A DNA stretch of 64,000 bases from Thermoproteota archaeon (GCA_042565955.1 JBHORG010000008.1:1258-65257); one strand, 5' to 3'; shown: positions 1-9,785, counted from the first letter of the stretch. The notes: generated by a model from the letters alone, not told the origin. Program-made: numbers and translations.

Positions 1-149
1 ATATTTTCAGTTGAACGGCTTGGCATCTCCACCCAAGGAAACTTACCTTGATCCATTTGATCATAAAGCGTATTTCCAAATCGCTTCAGGTCAGTTAGAA
101 TCTCTTCCTTCTTCTTTTTAGATGAACCCTCAGTCTCCTTGTGCTTCAT
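1..149 (-). CDS. top6A: DNA topoisomerase VI subunit A, N-terminal part (runs off left edge)
   Basis: Hand-translated, not in the ORF track. The ATG at 149 overlaps the top6B stop. The product MKHKETEGSSKKKKEEILTDLKRFGNTLYDQMDQGKFPWVEMPSRSTENI... fits a Top6A N-terminus and the usual top6B-top6A order. Confidence 0.65.
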   Translation of the reverse strand, partial: MKHKETEGSSKKKKEEILTDLKRFGNTLYDQMDQGKFPWVEMPSRSTEN

Positions 150-1887
150 ACGTTCTCACACTCTTCAACAACAACTCAATATCTGGTTCTTCAGTCTTTC
201 CAGCCAAATACGTAGAAAACCGTGCGATCTTAGGCAAGTATTTGGCGAAAACAGTCAACCGCTTCTTCTCTTTAGCTACATGCTCCCGCTTCGCCAAGAA
301 CGTCTGCAATCGACGAGCCACCTCACGGATTCCATTCAAAACTTCAATCTTCACCTCAGGCCGATCTGCAATAAACTCTTTTCCCACAGTCTTGTAAGGA
401 ACCTTTGTACTACAAAGGTGAACCATAATAGCTATGGGCATACCGGGGCCAACCTTGTATCGTCTCCAGTTCATTGATCGAATTACCCTAACCGAAACAC
501 CGCTGGCTTCATCATACAATAATGGGATTTTGTTTGCAAATCTGTAAATAACAATATCATCCTTCTTTGGAATGTTCCCACCATAAGCAATAGCCGTCTC
601 TACAATAAACGGGTGTCCCGCGTATGTAGAAGGCTTCCTCTGAGAAACTGCCATAAACTCAGGTTTCAACTCCTTAAGAATCCCAGCCTTCAACAAGTCC
701 TCTCCCAAAGGAGACAAACAACTCGCGTCAGGAGGAAGAAAACCATTAAACTGCTTCATCATCCGAACAAGCTTCACAATTTCGTTGGGTTTTAGTTTCT
801 TTGGGTTTTTAGTTCTAACAAAACCAGCGGATGCAAGCAGACGAAGAATCAGGCCACTGTCGACTTTCGGGAAGATATTATTCATGAAATCAAGCATGTT
901 CAGATGCTTCGTTTTCTTCAATGCAGCTTGGAGTTTTTCTTCATTTATTTTCTCAAATATTTTCCTAAATTTCTTAGACTTTTTGATTGTTGCTACAAGC
1001 TTTGCAGTATTTTCAGGATTTAGTCTATGCGGGTTAGCTGTTCGTATGAATCCCGCGAAATTTAGAAAATTCAGGGAAGTACCCTGACCGACGCGGTGAA
1101 AATGTTTCCGCATAAAATCCAAAAGGTTCCGACAATTGGTAACCCGAATAAGGCGTTGAATGGTTTCAACATCTACACCATAAGGATGTGCCAACGTTTC
1201 TGTTGGTGGAGGTGGCATGTTCGTAGTTGCTCGGTTGAACATGTATAATCTGCCTTTAGGATCAACAAACTTGATAGCAGCGTATGGTGTCACCAACGCT
1301 GTCTGCTTCAAATATTCTAGAACCTTAGACATTGCCCTGTAGTAGTCACCCTCTATTGAAAATTCAACAATTGTTCCACGCCATTTCTCTTTGTTTCTTC
1401 GGGTCTTTCGATCCAAAATGAGGGGACGGTTCCGCTGAATGTCTATCATCATCTTAAACTCGTAAATCTTGGAACCACCAGTGCTTGATTTGATGATTAC
1501 AGGTTTGTGGGTGGTAATCTGTCCATAAAGAATAGCCATTTTTCCGCCTAAACCAAAAGTCCCACGAGCTTGTTTAAGTTTATAGTTTGAACCAAATAAA
1601 ACCTGACCAAAAGCTGAAGGTATGTGACGAGCGGGAATACCAGAACCGTTGTCCATGACCATTAACCGGTATACTCCATTCCCTGAATCAGTTGTAGTGG
1701 CTTGGTCTTCCTCAGACAATCTTATGTATACTTCTGGAGGAACATTTGTTTGATCAGCAGAATCAAGAGAGTTTTCCACAATCTCTCTGATGGATACGAA
1801 AACGGCACGAGAAGGATTTGTAAAACCGGCTATGTCCCGGTTTCGATAAAAGAAGTCAGCGGGACTTATTTCTTGGAAGGTCACCAA
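130..1887 (-). CDS. top6B: DNA topoisomerase VI subunit B
   Basis: 585-aa ORF with GHKL ATPase motifs (EIVENSLD, MDNGSGIP, GTFGLGG), an H2TH region and a transducer domain (HPFIVETAIAYGG). Confidence 0.95.
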   Translation of the reverse strand: MVTFQEISPADFFYRNRDIAGFTNPSRAVFVSIREIVENSLDSADQTNVPPEVYIRLSEEDQATTTDSGNGVYRLMVMDNGSGIPARHIPSAFGQVLFGSNYKLKQARGTFGLGGKMAILYGQITTHKPVIIKSSTGGSKIYEFKMMIDIQRNRPLILDRKTRRNKEKWRGTIVEFSIEGDYYRAMSKVLEYLKQTALVTPYAAIKFVDPKGRLYMFNRATTNMPPPPTETLAHPYGVDVETIQRLIRVTNCRNLLDFMRKHFHRVGQGTSLNFLNFAGFIRTANPHRLNPENTAKLVATIKKSKKFRKIFEKINEEKLQAALKKTKHLNMLDFMNNIFPKVDSGLILRLLASAGFVRTKNPKKLKPNEIVKLVRMMKQFNGFLPPDASCLSPLGEDLLKAGILKELKPEFMAVSQRKPSTYAGHPFIVETAIAYGGNIPKKDDIVIYRFANKIPLLYDEASGVSVRVIRSMNWRRYKVGPGMPIAIMVHLCSTKVPYKTVGKEFIADRPEVKIEVLNGIREVARRLQTFLAKREHVAKEKKRLTVFAKYLPKIARFSTYLAGKTEEPDIELLLKSVRTYEAQGD

Positions 1888-2102
1888 ATCTGGTTCCCAC
1901 CGCCCATTGAAAAAATAAGCTTTGTTTTCATTGTTTCTGCATCGCCCCCGCGGTGTTTAGGACCAAAAACCGCGTTAGAATGGCATTGTATGATATGTAG
2001 CAACATGACAGGGTCATTCATAATTTTATATGATAAGTATTTCAATGTTTTTGTAAAATTTAAAGGTTAACTAAATAGCCCCATTTATAGCCATTTTTTG
2101 GT

Positions 2103-2681
2103 TTAGCTTCTGTATGTTGGCTCCCAAAGTTGAAGCCTCTGCTTTTTTAGTTCTCTTCGTTTTTTATGCAGAAAACGGTACACTGTTCCATGGAGGCTCC
2201 CCCTGATTAGCATAGTCAAAGCTTCTCTGGCAATTGAAGATTGGTCGGGGTATCCAATTATTGCGATAGTGTGGCCGTAAACTGAAATGTTTGCTTCACT
2301 TAACTCCTCGATGATTCTTCTGGTTTTACCTTCTTTACCAATTACTCTACCCTTTAGTCGCTTCAGGTCAGAATGAGACTTACCTACAACCTCCCGAAGG
2401 TCAATAACTTCGAACACAATCTCCTCATCGTTAAACAACCTGAAAGCATGATCTGGCGCAAAACCTCTACCAATAGCAGTAACCACTTCTTTGGCTCTAA
2501 ATAGAACAGTTGGATCCTCAACTGTTGCAGGAAGAGTTATCTGAACCGCCCCAGTTTCACTGTCCACCTCTAAACTAACAGAAAGTTTCCTTTCGATAAC
2601 TGATTTTACAGTACCCTCTGGACCAACGAGAGTCCCGATACGGTCTCTCGGAATCTTTATGTAAACTTTACTTCCTTCCAC
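2103..2681 (-). CDS. KH-domain RNA-binding protein (archaeal Dim2/Pno1-like)
   Basis: Two KH-type GxxG segments (IGTLVGPEG, VIGKEGKT) and a position directly downstream of rio1. The start was moved to the in-frame GTG at 2681 because the track start at 2711 overlaps rio1 by 44 nt. The start is uncertain. Confidence 0.75.
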   Translation of the reverse strand: MEGSKVYIKIPRDRIGTLVGPEGTVKSVIERKLSVSLEVDSETGAVQITLPATVEDPTVLFRAKEVVTAIGRGFAPDHAFRLFNDEEIVFEVIDLREVVGKSHSDLKRLKGRVIGKEGKTRRIIEELSEANISVYGHTIAIIGYPDQSSIAREALTMLIRGSLHGTVYRFLHKKRRELKKQRLQLWEPTYRS

Positions 2682-3462
2682 CTGTAACCCTCTTATACAT
2701 CTCATCCACACTTAACACGCCTGAATCTAATCTTTTGAAAAATCTGTGTATATTCTCCAAGTCTCTTCGGATGAACCTCTCAGCCATGGGATGCTTGATC
2801 AACACAGATTGTCCAACATCAAAAATCACAGGTTTCCCCTTCCAAATCATGATGTTGTATTCACTTAAGTCAGCGTGCACCAATCCTCCTTTACGATAAA
2901 GCCGCCTTAAATAAGTTAGCAGAAGTTTGAAAATCCGTGTTGGATCTTCGAGAACGGTTTCCTTCAGGAGAGGTGCACGTTCACCATCCTTGCCGATAAA
3001 CTTCATAATTAAAACGTTCTTTTGTATAGCCAAGGGCTCCGGAACATTGACTTTTGCGTCACGGGCACGCTGCAAATTCTTGAATTCTTTTTGAGCCCAA
3101 GTAAATATGAGTGAACGAGTATCTCTACGGACATGAGCGAATCTGGGGTCGCCCTCTATGTAGGGAATCATACCCTTTTTAAATTCTGCTGAGCTGGTGA
3201 GATATATTTTGATAGCCAATTCATTTCCTTTGATGTCTTTTCCCCAATATACTCGCGCCTCTTTTCCAGCACTTACAACTCCCTGAATCTCATCGATGAT
3301 TCCTTTATTCATGAAGTCATAGATTGTCATGAGCGTAGAACGATCAAAAACCTCTTCGAAAACTTGGTAATCTTCGCTCCGCTTCTTTTTCATCAATGAC
3401 TCAATTTCGAATTTCTTTTGCTTCCTGTTAAGCCGCTTATCCACTTTCTCTCTAAAAGACAC
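2668..3462 (-). CDS. rio1: RIO-type serine/threonine protein kinase (Rio1)
   Basis: 264 aa with a GTG start. RIO domain signatures are present (VSAGKEARVY, LVHADLSEYNIM, IFDVGQSV). Confidence 0.9.
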   Translation of the reverse strand: MSFREKVDKRLNRKQKKFEIESLMKKKRSEDYQVFEEVFDRSTLMTIYDFMNKGIIDEIQGVVSAGKEARVYWGKDIKGNELAIKIYLTSSAEFKKGMIPYIEGDPRFAHVRRDTRSLIFTWAQKEFKNLQRARDAKVNVPEPLAIQKNVLIMKFIGKDGERAPLLKETVLEDPTRIFKLLLTYLRRLYRKGGLVHADLSEYNIMIWKGKPVIFDVGQSVLIKHPMAERFIRRDLENIHRFFKRLDSGVLSVDEMYKRVTGGRK

Positions 3463-3610
3463 AACAGACCGTCCTATTAAGCACTGAATCGTGTTAACCC
3501 TATTTAGGTTTCTCTGGAACGGAACAGAATCTGAAAGACCCTTGAAGAAATTCTATTAGGGGGCGTTGCCAATCAGTTTCTGGAATGCTTCAATAAAGGT
3601 GACAAAAGAG

Positions 3611-3964
3611 ATGAAGTTTGTTAAGTTTACTATGGAGGGGTGGCTGGAGAGACAAGGTTACTCTAAGAAAATCTTGCTCACCGAGGAAGACCTGAAATCT
3701 AAAGGTAACATAGTTCAGATAGTTAAGAACAAAGCCCACACAGAAATAAAACCTCATTTCCATAAGCATATGATTGAAATCTACCATATTGTGAAGGGAA
3801 GTGCTGTTGTTTTCTGTGGAGACACAAGAGTTAGAACAAAACCCGGAGACACGTTATTATGCGAACCCAAAGAAGTTCATGGCCTAGTAAACGATACAAA
3901 CGAGGATTTCCAGTTTGTGGTTTTCAAAATAGATGCAAAAGATGAAGATATGTTCTGGGTATAG
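3611..3964 (+). CDS. cupin-domain protein
   Basis: Cupin motifs HFHKHMIEIYHIVKG ... PGD ... EVHG. The start was placed at the internal ATG (MKFVKF...); the track start at 3566 is also possible. Confidence 0.65.
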   Translation: MKFVKFTMEGWLERQGYSKKILLTEEDLKSKGNIVQIVKNKAHTEIKPHFHKHMIEIYHIVKGSAVVFCGDTRVRTKPGDTLLCEPKEVHGLVNDTNEDFQFVVFKIDAKDEDMFWV

Positions 3965-3967
3965 ATT

Positions 3968-4264
3968 CTAGATTTTGAGTATTTGGGCGTGGGGGATTCC
4001 GCAGATTTTTAGAATTGCCTCGGGATGAACCATACCATGTTCTATTGCTTTGTTCACGATATTAGATCCAACCATGTTCACGACAGTGGATTCTTTCATC
4101 AGTTCAACAGCATCTTCCACAGGCATCTTTGAACCTTTATAGAATTCTTCGCCCACTTTAAAAACTATTTTTCCATCTCTTAGAATCTCCCCTAACAGTT
4201 CCGTATCACAGGCTGCAAGAAGTGTATGTTTTCCGGATTTACTCAGCTTGGCGTAGACTTCCAA
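3968..4264 (-). CDS. DUF424-family small protein
   Basis: 98 aa (MEVYAKLSKSGKHTLLAACDTELLGE...). It lies immediately downstream of aIF2-beta, a position I recall for DUF424 proteins. Confidence 0.55.
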   Translation of the reverse strand: MEVYAKLSKSGKHTLLAACDTELLGEILRDGKIVFKVGEEFYKGSKMPVEDAVELMKESTVVNMVGSNIVNKAIEHGMVHPEAILKICGIPHAQILKI

Positions 4265-4276
4265 GGTTAATGCACT

Positions 4277-4681
4277 CTACACTGTTGATAGAGATGACCT
4301 TGCTCCACAGGCTTCACAAACCAGAAACAGGAACCGCCTATCTTTGACGATTTTCGTGTCTGGGCGAGTGCAAACAGGACAAACTACAAACTCTTTGATA
4401 TATCTCTGGATAAGTCTCTCAAAAGTATCGTAACCGAATTTTCCCTGAAAGATCGCTCGGTTTCTTTGCATAGTTGCGGCGGTGGCCATTTCTTTTGAAA
4501 AGAATTTGAGCACATGACGTGGATCCCGATTAAGGGTGTCACATATATCTTTATAATTTGCTAGGATTGTTCGCATTCCATTGATGAAACTTCTAGGCTT
4601 TGGAACCTCAAATCGTTTGTGCTCATGTGCATCTGAAGGAAGCTGTGATTGAGCACGTTCTAGTAATTCTCTGTAGTTCAT
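4277..4681 (-). CDS. translation initiation factor aIF-2 beta subunit
   Basis: 134 aa with a C-terminal zinc ribbon (CPVCTRPDT...CEACGA) and the conserved central aIF2-beta core. Confidence 0.9.
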   Translation of the reverse strand: MNYRELLERAQSQLPSDAHEHKRFEVPKPRSFINGMRTILANYKDICDTLNRDPRHVLKFFSKEMATAATMQRNRAIFQGKFGYDTFERLIQRYIKEFVVCPVCTRPDTKIVKDRRFLFLVCEACGARSSLSTV

Positions 4682-5367
4682 CCTTAACGCCTACATTACA
4701 GGAGTTTTGCCCGCAATAAAAGGACTTCTCTTTTATTATCAGAAAACGTGTTGCCCGTTTTAGATTAACCATTATGTACATCTGACTGCCGACTGGGATT
4801 TTAGTAACTTCGGGGGAAATATAGAGGGCATTTTTAATAGTACCTTCTTGTTTTCTCAAAGATCAACTTCAGATTCGAGATTATCCTTCCTCAATTAATA
4901 GGCTATTTTGTGGGTTGAAAGTTGAAGGGTTCAAGGAAAAGTGCTTGATTGAAGACTATAAAGTGAAAGACAAGTGAAAGGAAGATACCATTACCTCTTT
5001 GATGTGGACCTGTTTTCTAAAAATCGAGAAAGAGGTGAGATGTCATGGTTAAAGAAAAGAAAGGCTAAGTAAAAGTTACTCTAGATTTGGAAACAAGTCC
5101 ATCTCTGATGGACCTAATGAAAGAGTATGTAGAAAATATGCAATAAACGATGCAGATGATTGTAGGATACCAATAAAAGAAAGAGTAAAAACGACTCATT
5201 CTGTTGATCAAAAAACCTCTTAAAAAACACTGAAATAGGGCACTTTGTTAAAGACTAAAAAACACGAACACCAACGATACAAATAGATCTTGAGCTCATA
5301 GTGACATGTTAAAACGGAAAATCCTTAAATCTTTACTTGTCAATCGAATATTAAGACAATTAACGGA

Positions 5368-5445
5368 GGGCCCGTAGCTCAGTTTGGTTAGAGCGCCAGG
5401 CTCATAACCTGGTGGTCGCCGGTTCAAATCCGGCCGGGCCCACCA
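5368..5445 (+). tRNA. tRNA with CAT anticodon (elongator Met or agmatidine-type Ile2), 3' CCA encoded
   Basis: Cloverleaf read by hand: GGGCCCG/CGGGCCC acceptor, GCTC/GAGC D stem, CCAGG-CTCATAA-CCTGG anticodon arm, GCCGG-TTCAAAT-CCGGC T arm, discriminator A, then CCA. It is not an initiator, since there is no A1:U72. Confidence 0.9.
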
Positions 5446-5533
5446 ATGAATGAATTTTTACTTGTTATAATCAGTTGATGGAAAAAAGATTTACTCATCT
5501 CATACCTAAGTTCAGTAAAGGAGTAATGTTAAC

Positions 5534-6724
5534 TTGAGAGGAGACCTTGACAATATCCTAGCTAAGAAAGATGTAGAAGCTTTGCTTCTCTACTCGGAAA
5601 GCTATAAAGACGCTAATATGTTCTACCTTACAAAGTTTCTAACTCCAGACCCATTCATATTTCTAAAAAGAACTGACTCTGATCCCATAATTGTAGTTAG
5701 TCAGATGGAGTATCCGCGAGCCCAAAAACAATCCATTGTCAAAGATGTGAGGTCCTATTTTGACTATGACTACGTATCAGCAGTGAAATCTGCCAAAGAA
5801 CCGCAACTAGGCGCATTACAATTCATTGAAAAAGTAGTAGAAAAGGAGTTGGGCAAAGGAACGAGGATTTGCGTTCCACCCAACTTTCCAGTAATCGTGG
5901 CTGATGTACTAAGAAATGAGGGACTAACCATTGCACCGATGTTTGATGTTGTCGAGAAGGCAAGGGAAACAAAAACCAGTCATGAAATAAAGGTTATAGA
6001 AATGGTTCAGACCGTCAACGAAAAAGTCACCGCCGAAGTATTAGATTTGATAGCAAACTCAGTGATAGGAAGCAACAAAACATTACTTTTCAATGGAGAG
6101 CCCCTAACTGTTGGTAGGATAAAATCCTTTTTTGGACAAAAATTTCTAGAAAACGGAATTCTAACCGAAGAAGACATCATAGTCGCATGCGGTCCAAAAT
6201 CATCTGATCCACATTACGTTGGTGAACCTGAAGACAGACTCAAGGCAAATCAACCTATTATATTGGACATTTATCCGCGAAGCATCCAGAAGCGTTACTG
6301 GACAGATATGACTCGAACAATAGTAAAGGGAAAGGCTTCAAACAAACTCAAACAGATGTTCGACACAGTTCAAGAAGCAAAAGATGTATCTCTTAACAGC
6401 ATCCAAGCAGGAGTTGTAGCAAATCAAGTCTATGATGTTTGCTGTGATGTGTTAGAGGAAGCTGGCTACGAAACAACGAGAGGCGAAAAAAAGGTATCAT
6501 CTGGAATGACACATAGTCTTGGGCATGGAGTAGGCTTGCAGATACATGAAAATCCCAGAATTGGCGAATTCTCAAATTTTCTGTTAAGAGAACATAATAT
6601 CCTGACTGTTGAACCTGGAATCTACGACCCAAAAATAGGTGGAGTAAGATTAGAAGACATCATTGAAGTAACAAAATCCGGATACAACAACCTAACAAAG
6701 ATGAAGACCGTTCTAGAAATCTAG
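5534..6724 (+). CDS. M24-family Xaa-Pro aminopeptidase/dipeptidase
   Basis: 396 aa with a TTG start. It has a creatinase-like N-domain plus the M24 metal-ligand region (HSLGHGVGLQIHENP, VEPGIY, RLED). Confidence 0.85.
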   Translation: MRGDLDNILAKKDVEALLLYSESYKDANMFYLTKFLTPDPFIFLKRTDSDPIIVVSQMEYPRAQKQSIVKDVRSYFDYDYVSAVKSAKEPQLGALQFIEKVVEKELGKGTRICVPPNFPVIVADVLRNEGLTIAPMFDVVEKARETKTSHEIKVIEMVQTVNEKVTAEVLDLIANSVIGSNKTLLFNGEPLTVGRIKSFFGQKFLENGILTEEDIIVACGPKSSDPHYVGEPEDRLKANQPIILDIYPRSIQKRYWTDMTRTIVKGKASNKLKQMFDTVQEAKDVSLNSIQAGVVANQVYDVCCDVLEEAGYETTRGEKKVSSGMTHSLGHGVGLQIHENPRIGEFSNFLLREHNILTVEPGIYDPKIGGVRLEDIIEVTKSGYNNLTKMKTVLEI

Positions 6725-6731
6725 AAACGTC

Positions 6732-7019
6732 TTAGCCTCCACTCATAAGAGACATCAAAATTACATTGTCTCCCTCAGATAGTTTTGCTTCCAATCCACC
6801 AAGTTGACCCATAATTACCCCATTAACTGTAACGGAGAAGCCCATTTTGACATCTTTTAGTCCTGGTTCATAAACTTCTTTTCGGAAGACTGCGCCGTTG
6901 GCTCCAGCCAATTTGTTAAGCAAATCAGATAGGAAGGCTTCTTCCTTTAGCTCAATGTGTTCCTCTTTTTTGTTCAGCATATTCTTTATGAAACCGAAGT
7001 ATTGAACTTTAATTTTCAA
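6732..7019 (-). CDS. MoaD/ThiS/SAMP-type ubiquitin-fold protein ending in Gly-Gly
   Basis: 95 aa of beta-grasp size with the C-terminus ...LMSGG followed by a stop. It is divergent from the pterin-dependent AOR gene. Confidence 0.7.
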   Translation of the reverse strand: MKIKVQYFGFIKNMLNKKEEHIELKEEAFLSDLLNKLAGANGAVFRKEVYEPGLKDVKMGFSVTVNGVIMGQLGGLEAKLSEGDNVILMSLMSGG

Positions 7020-7167
7020 TATTCTTCACCATCCCTCAATCATCCGCTATCAGCATTCAGGGTTATGTAACTCACAATAATCTGAGGAGGAATCTTATTT
7101 ATCAGTTATTCAGGTTTATGGATTGCCCGCGCGGTTGAATTGGTCAAAGTGTTTTTTATTTATAACA

Positions 7168-7191
7168 CGATATGTATTGCAAACAATATCG
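7168..7191. repeat. inverted repeat CGATAT-N12-ATATCG centred on TTGCAA, just downstream of a T/A-rich TATA-like box (about 7154-7166)
   Basis: Read directly from the sequence in the MoaD/AOR divergent intergenic region. Any operator function is only a guess. Confidence 0.2.
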
Positions 7192-7316
7192 ATGAAATAA
7201 ATAAAGTTAGACCAAAAAACGATTCTGATAATGTTTTGGTTGAAGACAAAAAAAGATTAATATTTATCTATCTGATTCATATAATTCTCTCCAAAGGGAG
7301 CAATGGAGGATTAAGA

Positions 7317-9173
7317 TTGAGTTTGGCTAAACGAATTCTTTACGTAGATTTGACAACTGGAAAAACAGAAGTTAAACCCCTGAATGAAAAATTATTTAAA
7401 GATTACATTGGAGGTATCGGACTTGGTATGAAACTGTGGCTGGACCACTCCAAGGCTGGTGTTGACGTATTTGGTCCAGAAAATCCCCTCATTTTCATGA
7501 CAGGCCCCCTAAGTGGGACCATGGCACCCTCTGCTGGAAACAGTTACGCTGTTGTTTCCAAATCACCGTTAACTGACGGAATTAATGAGTCAAAAGCCCA
7601 CGGTTTCTTTGGGTCTGAAATAAAACGGGCAGGATACGACGCAATTATTTTCACGGGTAAAGCCGAAAAACTAGTTTATGTATGGATCGATGATGATTCG
7701 GTTCAAATTCTTGATGCGGAGAACCTAAAAGGAAAGTCGCCTGCTGAAACAGATGACGCAATCCGAGAGGAGTTAGGGGATTTCTATATCCGTGTGTCAG
7801 CAATTGGCGAAGCTGGAGAGAAACTTAATCGAATCGCCTGCATAATCAACGACGAATTCAGAGCCATCGGAAGAGGTGGTATGGGTGCAGTTATGGGTTC
7901 CAAGAACCTGAAAGCTCTTGCTGTTCGCGGAACAAAAGATGTGAACGTTGCTAAACCTGAAGAGTTCACAGAGTTCGTTAGAACAATTCATGAACGCATG
8001 AAGGGACCTGCTACACGGAAATACAGGACTTTGGGTACCCCAGAGAATGTCCTTGTTTTGAATGCTTTGGCTGCTTTGCCGACCCGCAACTTTTCTCAGG
8101 CAACCTTTGAGGGTGCAGAGAAAGTTAGTGGTGAGTACTTGAATGAACGTTATGTCAAGAAGATTATTGGATGCGCAACATGTGGTATGCGCTGTGACCA
8201 TATAGCTGTTGTTCCTGAAGGAGAATACAAAGGAAGCACGTCAAGGGTTGAGTTTGAATGCTTGTGGGCTGTTGGACCTCTTTGTGGTGTTGACCGGTTA
8301 GATGCAATCATTGAGGCTATCCGTTTGGCTGACCATTATGGCGTGGACGGAATATCCATTGGCGTTATAGTGGCTATGGCTATGGACCTTTACGAGCATG
8401 GCATCATAACAAAGAAGGACACTGATGGCATGGACCTCAGTTTTGGTAATCACGAAGCGCTTGTTGAAGCAATAAAGAGAATTGGCACACGTACTGGTTG
8501 GCTAGGTGATACATTTGCAGAAGGAAGCAAGAGAGCAGGCGAGATAATTGGCAAAGGCGCAGAAAAGTATGCTAACCACATCAAAGGACTAGAGTTGCCT
8601 GGTTACGATCTCAGGACCCTAAAAACTGCCGCATTGGGATTTTCTGTCTCTTATCGTGGAGCTTGCCACCTTAGGTCTGGAGCTTACTCTCCTGACGTAA
8701 AAGGTAAGGTAGACCGCTTCAAGATTGAGAAGGGAAGAGGAAAACTGATCATGGATGGTGAAGACCTCTACAATGTTGTTGACTCTTTAATTTTGTGTAA
8801 GTTCTCTAGGGGCGTTATGTATGATGGCCTCAAGGACATGGCTAAGTACTTTACGTTGGCTACTGGCATTGAGATGACTCCAGAGGAGCTCATACTGGCT
8901 GGTGAGAGAATTAACAATCTTGCACGAGTCATTAATATTCGTGAAGGGAAAGGAACCAGAGCTAATGATACGTTACCATGGAAGATTATGAATTTCCCAG
9001 TACCTGATGAGGGAATTGCAAAGGGAGCGGTAGTAAACCAGAAAGAGTTTGACCTCGGATTGGACGACTACTATGAAGTACGTGGTTGGACAAAGAATGG
9101 TATTCCTACCCCTGAGAAACTCAAGGAATTGGGTTTGGATGATCTTGTTAGTATCGTGGAGAAGAAGCTTTGA
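7317..9173 (+). CDS. aor: tungsten-type aldehyde:ferredoxin oxidoreductase
   Basis: AOR family throughout (ILYVDLTTGK N-terminus; the GCATCGMRCDH 4Fe-4S ligand region). The start was moved to the in-frame TTG at 7317, preceded by GGAGGA. The track start at 7140 adds a 59-aa non-homologous extension. Confidence 0.9.
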   Translation: MSLAKRILYVDLTTGKTEVKPLNEKLFKDYIGGIGLGMKLWLDHSKAGVDVFGPENPLIFMTGPLSGTMAPSAGNSYAVVSKSPLTDGINESKAHGFFGSEIKRAGYDAIIFTGKAEKLVYVWIDDDSVQILDAENLKGKSPAETDDAIREELGDFYIRVSAIGEAGEKLNRIACIINDEFRAIGRGGMGAVMGSKNLKALAVRGTKDVNVAKPEEFTEFVRTIHERMKGPATRKYRTLGTPENVLVLNALAALPTRNFSQATFEGAEKVSGEYLNERYVKKIIGCATCGMRCDHIAVVPEGEYKGSTSRVEFECLWAVGPLCGVDRLDAIIEAIRLADHYGVDGISIGVIVAMAMDLYEHGIITKKDTDGMDLSFGNHEALVEAIKRIGTRTGWLGDTFAEGSKRAGEIIGKGAEKYANHIKGLELPGYDLRTLKTAALGFSVSYRGACHLRSGAYSPDVKGKVDRFKIEKGRGKLIMDGEDLYNVVDSLILCKFSRGVMYDGLKDMAKYFTLATGIEMTPEELILAGERINNLARVINIREGKGTRANDTLPWKIMNFPVPDEGIAKGAVVNQKEFDLGLDDYYEVRGWTKNGIPTPEKLKELGLDDLVSIVEKKL

Positions 9174-9204
9174 TATAAATGAGGAATGATGGAGGATAAG
9201 AAAG

Positions 9205-9702
9205 ATGCCAACTATACATGAAAAAAAGTTTGTTTCTGGAGATCCCTCTAAGTGTATTGGCTGCTGCGTCTGCGAATACGCGTGTTCAATGGAGCATGAA
9301 AACACCTACAATCCAACCAAGTCTCGTATACGGGCGATTCGATTGAATTCTTTTGTGAATTTGGCGGTTTCTTGTAGGCTTTGTGAGGATTCCCCTTGTG
9401 TGGCTGCTTGTCCGCGTGATGCGTTGATGCAGTCCGAAGAGACTGGTGTCATCTTGGTTGATGAAGACAAGTGTAACGGCTGCGGCTGGTGTATTGAAGC
9501 CTGCGATTATGGTGCTATTCAGCTGCATCCTGAATCAAGGAAGGTCTTCGTTTGTGACCTCTGTGACGGTGAACCCAAGTGTGTTGAGTGGTGTCCTGAG
9601 GAAGCTTTAGATTTCACGACCAAAGATATTGTCTCGCAGAAGGCTAGGATAAGTTCGGTCAAGAAACTGTTCCAAGATGCGCTAAAGTCTGGAGAAAAAT
9701 AA
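9205..9702 (+). CDS. 4Fe-4S di-/poly-cluster ferredoxin (probable AOR electron-transfer partner)
   Basis: 165 aa with several Cys-cluster motifs (CIGCCVCEYAC, CRLCEDSPCVAACP, CNGCGWCIEAC, CDLCDGEPKCVEWCP). It starts 32 nt after aor. Confidence 0.85.
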   Translation: MPTIHEKKFVSGDPSKCIGCCVCEYACSMEHENTYNPTKSRIRAIRLNSFVNLAVSCRLCEDSPCVAACPRDALMQSEETGVILVDEDKCNGCGWCIEACDYGAIQLHPESRKVFVCDLCDGEPKCVEWCPEEALDFTTKDIVSQKARISSVKKLFQDALKSGEK

Positions 9703-9785
9703 ACTAGTAAGTTGGAGTCTTTTTGGCTCCGACTTTGAATTTTATTTTTTCATTTTTGTTGGCATATTCTGTTTTTAGTTGCTGT

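Noticed and set aside
122-1087. Plus-strand track ORFs (122..397, 139..477, 613..795, 785..1087, and also 1702..2070) that overlap top6B
   Set aside because: They are antisense shadows of a strongly supported minus-strand gene. They are low-complexity and show no recognisable motifs.
4623-4859. 78-aa ORF that overlaps the aIF2-beta start and extends upstream
   Set aside because: It overlaps the 5' end of a well-supported gene in another frame. It has no motifs and is probably spurious.
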